From NCBI RefSeq assembly GCF_000014265.1, contig NC_008312.1:3900001-3932000 (forward strand): DNA of 32,000 bases. The letters are read 5' to 3'. Numbering within the stretch: position 1 is the first letter of the stretch; each line of letters opens with the position of its first letter. The notes beneath the pieces are model-generated. The model was given only the letters and a program-made list of their open reading frames with translations, was not told where the DNA came from and ran no database searches. Shown here piece after piece: positions 27,251 through 32,000 of the stretch. A program made the position numbers and the translations under genes. The DNA comes from Trichodesmium erythraeum IMS101 (GTDB lineage: Bacteria > Cyanobacteriota > Cyanobacteriia > Cyanobacteriales > Microcoleaceae).

Positions 27251-27721
27251 TAATAAAATAAATATTAATTATACTATAAATCTGTGATAATTTCAAGGAT
27301 AGATATCAGTATTCAATAGAGAATGATGGGAAAGGTTAGGACAGTCTTTCGGTAATACTTTTTTACGGAAGTCAGAAGTGAAATTGAATATTATGTCTTA
27401 TGTCGAGCTCAATACTTACCTTAATATTTATAGTTTGGTAGATGTTTGCAGAGGGCAGAAGATACTTATTCTGAAGGGTTTTTTCTAATTGTAACTAAGT
27501 TTTACAGGACTTCGGCAGAACCACCATATCTAGTAGAGGCGTTTAAGGTTAGGGCTCTAAACGGCTGTTCGCCCCTATAGATGGTGTATAGTTTGATATT
27601 TTACTTAAGCCCTCTTTTATACATAGACTATGCTGCTGGGCATGATGCAACATACTAAAAATTTCTGCAGTCAATATAGTTTCAGGTAATTATTTGAGAA
27701 ATGGTGTGCTAAAATAGGAGC

Positions 27722-28495
27722 CTACTGCCTATTCTCCATTCCCTTAACAAATGGCAGAACATCAGCCACAGACCAAGGTAAAGGAGGGCGATCGCTATAA
27801 CCAATAAAATGCTCATACCCCAACTGTTCGTACAACTCATTTACTAGTGTCTGTAAGTCTACTATTGGTTGAGTATCTCCAGCCAATAGAGGTAGTGAAA
27901 ATTGAGGAATGGGATCGCTCAAATTAAAAGGATACAACTCGGCAATAGGGCGAATGTTATAGGGACTGATCAAAATTCGATAGTGACTTTTAGTGCTAGT
28001 TAAGGAAGGTAAAAGTTCTCCCTCTCGCAAAAGGTCAATTTCCACCAGATGAGTCCTACTCTCTAAAAATTGTTTCCGTCTAGTTTCATATTTATTACGA
28101 CCTTCTCCTTTTTTGTTTACGAAAGAAATAACTTCAATAATTGTAACTACTTCGTTTGTGGTAGTATCCTTAACTTCAATATGATCCTGCTCAAGTTCTT
28201 CTCCCATAGGAATAGTTACTATAATAGGCTGACTGAAAGGTTGTGGTGTGGAGGCTTTTGTTGTTAGTGGGAGTGAATTATCTTGATTTTTTTGCACATT
28301 AACATCTGTTTGACTAATAACGATCTGTTTTGAGTTACCCATTTGATATACCCATTTATCAGTCACTAACTGATATTTAGGTAATAACTGGGGAGTTAAC
28401 ATTCTAGCGATCGCTGCCACCAGTTGATTATGAAATTCAGGCCAAAGTTCAGGTTGTTCGAGGTATGGGTTCATTCCGGGAAATGGGTTAGGCAT
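27722..28495 (-). CDS. DUF4058-family protein (cyanobacterial; restriction-endonuclease-like motif pattern)
   Basis: The MPNPFPGMNPYLEQPELWPEFHN start, IEVISFVNKKGEGR..Y..RRKQFLESRTHLVEIDLLREG and the ~257-aa length match my recollection of DUF4058 proteins. Confidence 0.7.
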   Translation of the reverse strand: MPNPFPGMNPYLEQPELWPEFHNQLVAAIARMLTPQLLPKYQLVTDKWVYQMGNSKQIVISQTDVNVQKNQDNSLPLTTKASTPQPFSQPIIVTIPMGEELEQDHIEVKDTTTNEVVTIIEVISFVNKKGEGRNKYETRRKQFLESRTHLVEIDLLREGELLPSLTSTKSHYRILISPYNIRPIAELYPFNLSDPIPQFSLPLLAGDTQPIVDLQTLVNELYEQLGYEHFIGYSDRPPLPWSVADVLPFVKGMENRQ

Positions 28496-28711
28496 AAAAA
28501 AAAGGAAAAATTAGTATTTATATTTATTTTAATTAGGGCTTACTGAAATTTGTCTTATGGGTGAGGGTTGAAGTCCGAACTCACGAATAGTTAGCGAGGT
28601 TGCATCAGAATTTCTGTAAGTATTTATACTATTCAAAACTGTTTCTACTTTCTCCAGATATCGATATCTATATAATTAATAAATAATGTTACACAAAATC
28701 AAGTTGATTTA

Positions 28712-28920
28712 AGGTATAAGGTGTGAGGTGTCAGGTGCTAGGTTTGAAAATTAACAAATTGATAACACCTTACTACCAAATATATTGATTTTGGGTCTGG
28801 TTTTTCCCGTTGAAGTTTTTACTTGAATTATTTTCTATCTTTGCTCTCTACCACTCAACCTCAAACGACCAAACCTACTAATTATCTTTACTCTCTACCT
28901 GAAACCACGAAAAGGGAGTG
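28712..28920. repeat. dispersed ~200-bp repeat, copy B (intact)
   Basis: Five AGGTNNN heptamers (28712-28746) are followed by sequence collinear with 17151-17310 plus 18450-18515. Confidence 0.75.
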
Positions 28921-29539
28921 AATTGTATCCAAGGCATCCAGGTCAATGTCAGCGGTTGTTAAGTTCCCTCCTGGGCTATTAGTAGATTTAAAGGTGACTG
29001 AATATTCTTGAGAAACTTGAATGACTCGCTCTTCATTACTACCACGACTACTACCACAGTCGACGATATCTGTGTTGCGTCTCTCCGCAGGCGTTTATTT
29101 TACAGCATAAGTTCTGGGAGAAGTCACAGAGGAACCTATTTAATCTATGTTTCCCACGACAAAATGTAGCATAGAAAGATAGGTCAACCCTTCCCTTGTT
29201 ATCTCCCTGAAACGGCGGGCAAGTTAACCCAACTAGAAGAAAATTATAGTGGTCAATTATTCTCAATAATTTAGTAAATATTTATGCTTAATATTTCTCT
29301 GATATTTTGACTTCTCATTAAGGTCAAGTAAATAAGGATAATTTTTATAATATAAATACTTAAGCAAGCCACAGATTTTATACTAATTTTGATATGACAT
29401 ATTGAAGTGCAGAATGTGAAATTTAAGGTGTCACAAATAGTTTTAAACTTTAGATGGGAAATAATTTCCTGAAATGACTGAGGGGGTCAAAATTTAGATT
29501 CTTTAAAATCTAACTTTTGACTGCTGCTTAGGGATGGTT

Positions 29540-32000
29540 TTAATCTCTGTCCGCTGGCTCCCGATAGAGTAAATCAATTTCTGTAAATACCTCTGAGGTT
29601 TCATCAAAGCGAATACTCTGGGGTTGAGCTGGTACACCATCAATGAGTAAATCATATTCACCAGGACCGAGGGACTCTAAATAATAAATTCCTGCACCAT
29701 TGGTAATTGATAATATTTTTGCTCCTTCTCCACTGCGGGGGATCGCCTCTACTCGTAAACCACCCACAGGGTTCCCCGCATCATCCAATACCACACCTAA
29801 CAAAGCATAGGCAGTTGTTAGGGGTATATAAATGGGTGTATAACTACCAGCTTTCACCTCGACAGCAGAAACTAATTGATTACTTTTCAACCCCAGGGGA
29901 ATACCTATCGGATCAAGCTCAAAACGGTAGGTATCTGGAGGCAAACGCACAAAAATCCCATTTTTGCGCAGGTCTGGACTATAACTACTAAATCGCCTGA
30001 CATCCTGATCATTAATCAAGAATAAAAATTCAGCTGTTTCATCCTCTAGCCCTTTGGTATAGATTTTTTCTCCTCTATCTTTACGATCATTGCCGTTTTT
30101 ATCCAAAAAAGGGATTAACACTAGTCCCCCTTCTGTGCGTAATCTCTCAAAACGACTCTTACCAAAACTTACGGAGGATGACAAAAAAGCAGATGAGGAT
30201 ATCTGTAAACTAAATCTAGAGCTGTTATTGCTCATGGAAATATTTTGATACTTTGCTGTGACATATAACCCTGGGATTTTTGCGGTTGTGATCGAAGCTT
30301 GCAAGCCTGAACCTTCTGTTCCGATGCCGTAACCAATATCAAAAATCCAATCTGCAAAGCGATCGCCTACTTGGGAACGAGGTTTATAACGCCAACCAAC
30401 TGTTGCGAGTCTATCGCTAGAGTTGTTATCATTCTGATCCATCTCTAAGTTCAGAAAAAGGGAATGATTATAATCATACAAACTTTTAGACTTGAGGAAA
30501 AAATATTCAAGATCTGTATCCCACCGCTGCTTTCTCATGCGGTGTCGGAGGGTGAGATTCTGATAACGAGAAAACAGATTCCAGTTAACATTTTGATCTT
30601 CATCGATATCAATGTTATTACGGAACAACAAATTACCAAAAGAACTACTGACATCGAGTCCCCCTACCAAAACTTTTTCGCCCACATCCCAACCTACATT
30701 TGTGGTGAGTCCTGGAAAAAGTCGCCACCTAATTCGTGCATCTTGAGCGTTATTATTACTGTTCAATGACAAGCGAACATCTGGACTCAAATCCCAATTT
30801 GCTCTAAATCTTTCTGATAAATCATCCTTATCAAACTCAAAATCTATACCCTGCTTCGGTTTAAAACGAACATTCAAATCATAGCGAATATTGCTACGTT
30901 TGTTGTCGGCTCTTTCATCACTATTGAGCATTGCTGTCGCTGTAATTTTTAAAGGCAAATTTCCTGGTTGAAAAAATACTTCCCCCATACCTTTCAGTTG
31001 CTGGTCATAAAAAAGTCCTGTACCTAGGGTGATGTTGTCTGTGGCACCCCAACGGTACAAAACTCCCCCTTGCATTTCATCCTCCATAGTTCCGAAGAAG
31101 GTCTCGCTATTTTGCGATCGCTCAAATCCACCCGATATCAGTAAGGCTGCAGTCCCACGACTGAGCTGACCAGGCAGTGAAAAGAACTCGGCTTCCCGAA
31201 TTTCTGGGTCTGCGCTCAGTCGCCCATCGGGGTAGAGACGCAATTTATAATTATTGGCTGAAGGGCTACCACGGAGGGAAGAGGAGACTGTAGTCACGTC
31301 TTCAAAGCGATAAATACCGGATGAGTCTACTAACTGTTCTGCCAAAACCCTCTTACTGATAGAGTTAACAAGCTGTACCAATGTGCCTGGCTCTGCTCTG
31401 CCCCGAATATCTCGTTGTAAGCGACTGGAATTCAATCTTTGTTCTGGGTTGAAGCCTTCGTTTCCACCGGAAGAGGTGATGGGTGGCGCAAACCCGAACC
31501 GCCGAATGGCAGTAAATCCGGTGTAGGTACTGCTACCTTCTGGCCACAATGTTTCTTGGTCACCGATGATATAGTCCGTTGTCGGTGTTTGTCGCATATA
31601 TTGGAGTTCGTTGAGTTTCCATGTTTGGCGATCGGTGAGGTCTTCTTGGTCAATATTCAGGTACCAACTGCCTCCGAATAGAGTCCCGATACCAACGAGT
31701 TCGCCAGTGTAGTCGTCGATTTGGTTGCCACTGCCGGAGATGTTTGCTTCTTGTCCGATGATACTGAGGGTGATGGGGGGGGCTGAGATGCGGGGTAAGC
31801 CTTCTAGGTTGAGCTGTCGTTGGTTGCTACGGATATTTGTTTGGGGTAGGTTTTTTCCCAGCCAGTCGGGGTTGAGTATAATTGCATATTCTTCTATATC
31901 AAATTCTACGGGAACACCTAATAGTTCACGAATTTGTTCTACGCTCAAAGCCATGCCGAGTTGATCATCGATCGCTAATTCGTTAAGGTCAATTTGTAAA
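29540..32000 (-). CDS. large outer-membrane beta-barrel protein, usher-like, with a C-terminal carboxypeptidase-regulatory-like domain (N-terminus outside the window)
   Basis: The reading frame stays open upstream of the track's Met (31954) to the window edge. The middle part has alternating beta-strand-like patterns rich in aromatic residues and Gly. The segment GTLVQLVN....LAEQLVDSSGIYRFEDV...YKLRLYPDG resembles usher plug/N-domain patterns. The C-terminus LLGVVLDDAGNPVGGLRVEAIP...NGAGIYYLESLGPGEYDLLIDG is typical of the CarboxypepD_reg fold. Confidence 0.55.
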   Translation of the reverse strand, partial: LQIDLNELAIDDQLGMALSVEQIRELLGVPVEFDIEEYAIILNPDWLGKNLPQTNIRSNQRQLNLEGLPRISAPPITLSIIGQEANISGSGNQIDDYTGELVGIGTLFGGSWYLNIDQEDLTDRQTWKLNELQYMRQTPTTDYIIGDQETLWPEGSSTYTGFTAIRRFGFAPPITSSGGNEGFNPEQRLNSSRLQRDIRGRAEPGTLVQLVNSISKRVLAEQLVDSSGIYRFEDVTTVSSSLRGSPSANNYKLRLYPDGRLSADPEIREAEFFSLPGQLSRGTAALLISGGFERSQNSETFFGTMEDEMQGGVLYRWGATDNITLGTGLFYDQQLKGMGEVFFQPGNLPLKITATAMLNSDERADNKRSNIRYDLNVRFKPKQGIDFEFDKDDLSERFRANWDLSPDVRLSLNSNNNAQDARIRWRLFPGLTTNVGWDVGEKVLVGGLDVSSSFGNLLFRNNIDIDEDQNVNWNLFSRYQNLTLRHRMRKQRWDTDLEYFFLKSKSLYDYNHSLFLNLEMDQNDNNSSDRLATVGWRYKPRSQVGDRFADWIFDIGYGIGTEGSGLQASITTAKIPGLYVTAKYQNISMSNNSSRFSLQISSSAFLSSSVSFGKSRFERLRTEGGLVLIPFLDKNGNDRKDRGEKIYTKGLEDETAEFLFLINDQDVRRFSSYSPDLRKNGIFVRLPPDTYRFELDPIGIPLGLKSNQLVSAVEVKAGSYTPIYIPLTTAYALLGVVLDDAGNPVGGLRVEAIPRSGEGAKILSITNGAGIYYLESLGPGEYDLLIDGVPAQPQSIRFDETSEVFTEIDLLYREPADRD

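Noticed and set aside
17151-28920. Repeated TATCTTTGCTCTCTAC units and heptamers as a possible CRISPR array
   Set aside because: There are only two or three degenerate units with irregular spacing, no unique spacers of uniform length, and no cas genes. They are better explained as STRR-like or dispersed intergenic repeats.
29051-29266. 71-aa minus-strand ORF downstream of the usher-like gene
   Set aside because: Its Cys/Arg-rich translation is implausible, and it is in a different frame from the more protein-like remnant at 28888-29094.
29707-31964. ORFs 29707-29991, 30464-30769, 31439-31681, 31725-31964 (+) and 31432-31653 (-, out of frame)
   Set aside because: They are shadows within the 804+ aa usher-like CDS.

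Overview
Cyanobacterial chromosome segment. The evidence is at least eight HIP1 GCGATCGC palindromes, ndhB, STRR-like heptamer repeats and a very AT-rich sequence, which looks like a heterocystous Nostocales-type genome. Housekeeping genes: rpiA 3' end, ndhB, a same-strand pair of a cNMP-binding histidine kinase and a UvrD-like helicase, and the run ffh, rpsP, KH-domain protein, phoH, ChuX-like. These are interrupted by unusually long AT-rich spacers and two mobile elements. One is a ~2.5-kb group II intron (4899-7409) that lies outside any host ORF and carries a frameshifted RT-maturase-HNH gene. The other is an IS630-family element (17311-18449) with TA duplications, an A8 slippery site and an in-frame TGA. 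The most interesting part is a ~10-kb, visibly more AT-rich accessory module (about 18.5-28.7 kb). It is bracketed by ~200-bp direct repeats, and the IS630 element splits one of them. The module holds three tandem dynamin-like large GTPase genes. The first carries a unique TM/coiled-coil N-terminal module and is split by a single in-frame TAA. The first two share near-identical gene-conversion-like tracts, and only the second has a hydrophobic membrane hairpin. The module also holds a divergent pair of genes sharing an uncharacterised GEVENQNTN module, and a DUF4058 (nuclease-fold-like) gene. I read this as a candidate Eleos/LeoABC-related but architecturally distinct membrane-remodelling or defence module. 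That reading is inference and needs homology searches and experiments. The window ends inside a large usher-like outer-membrane protein gene. I found no tRNA, rRNA or CRISPR array.
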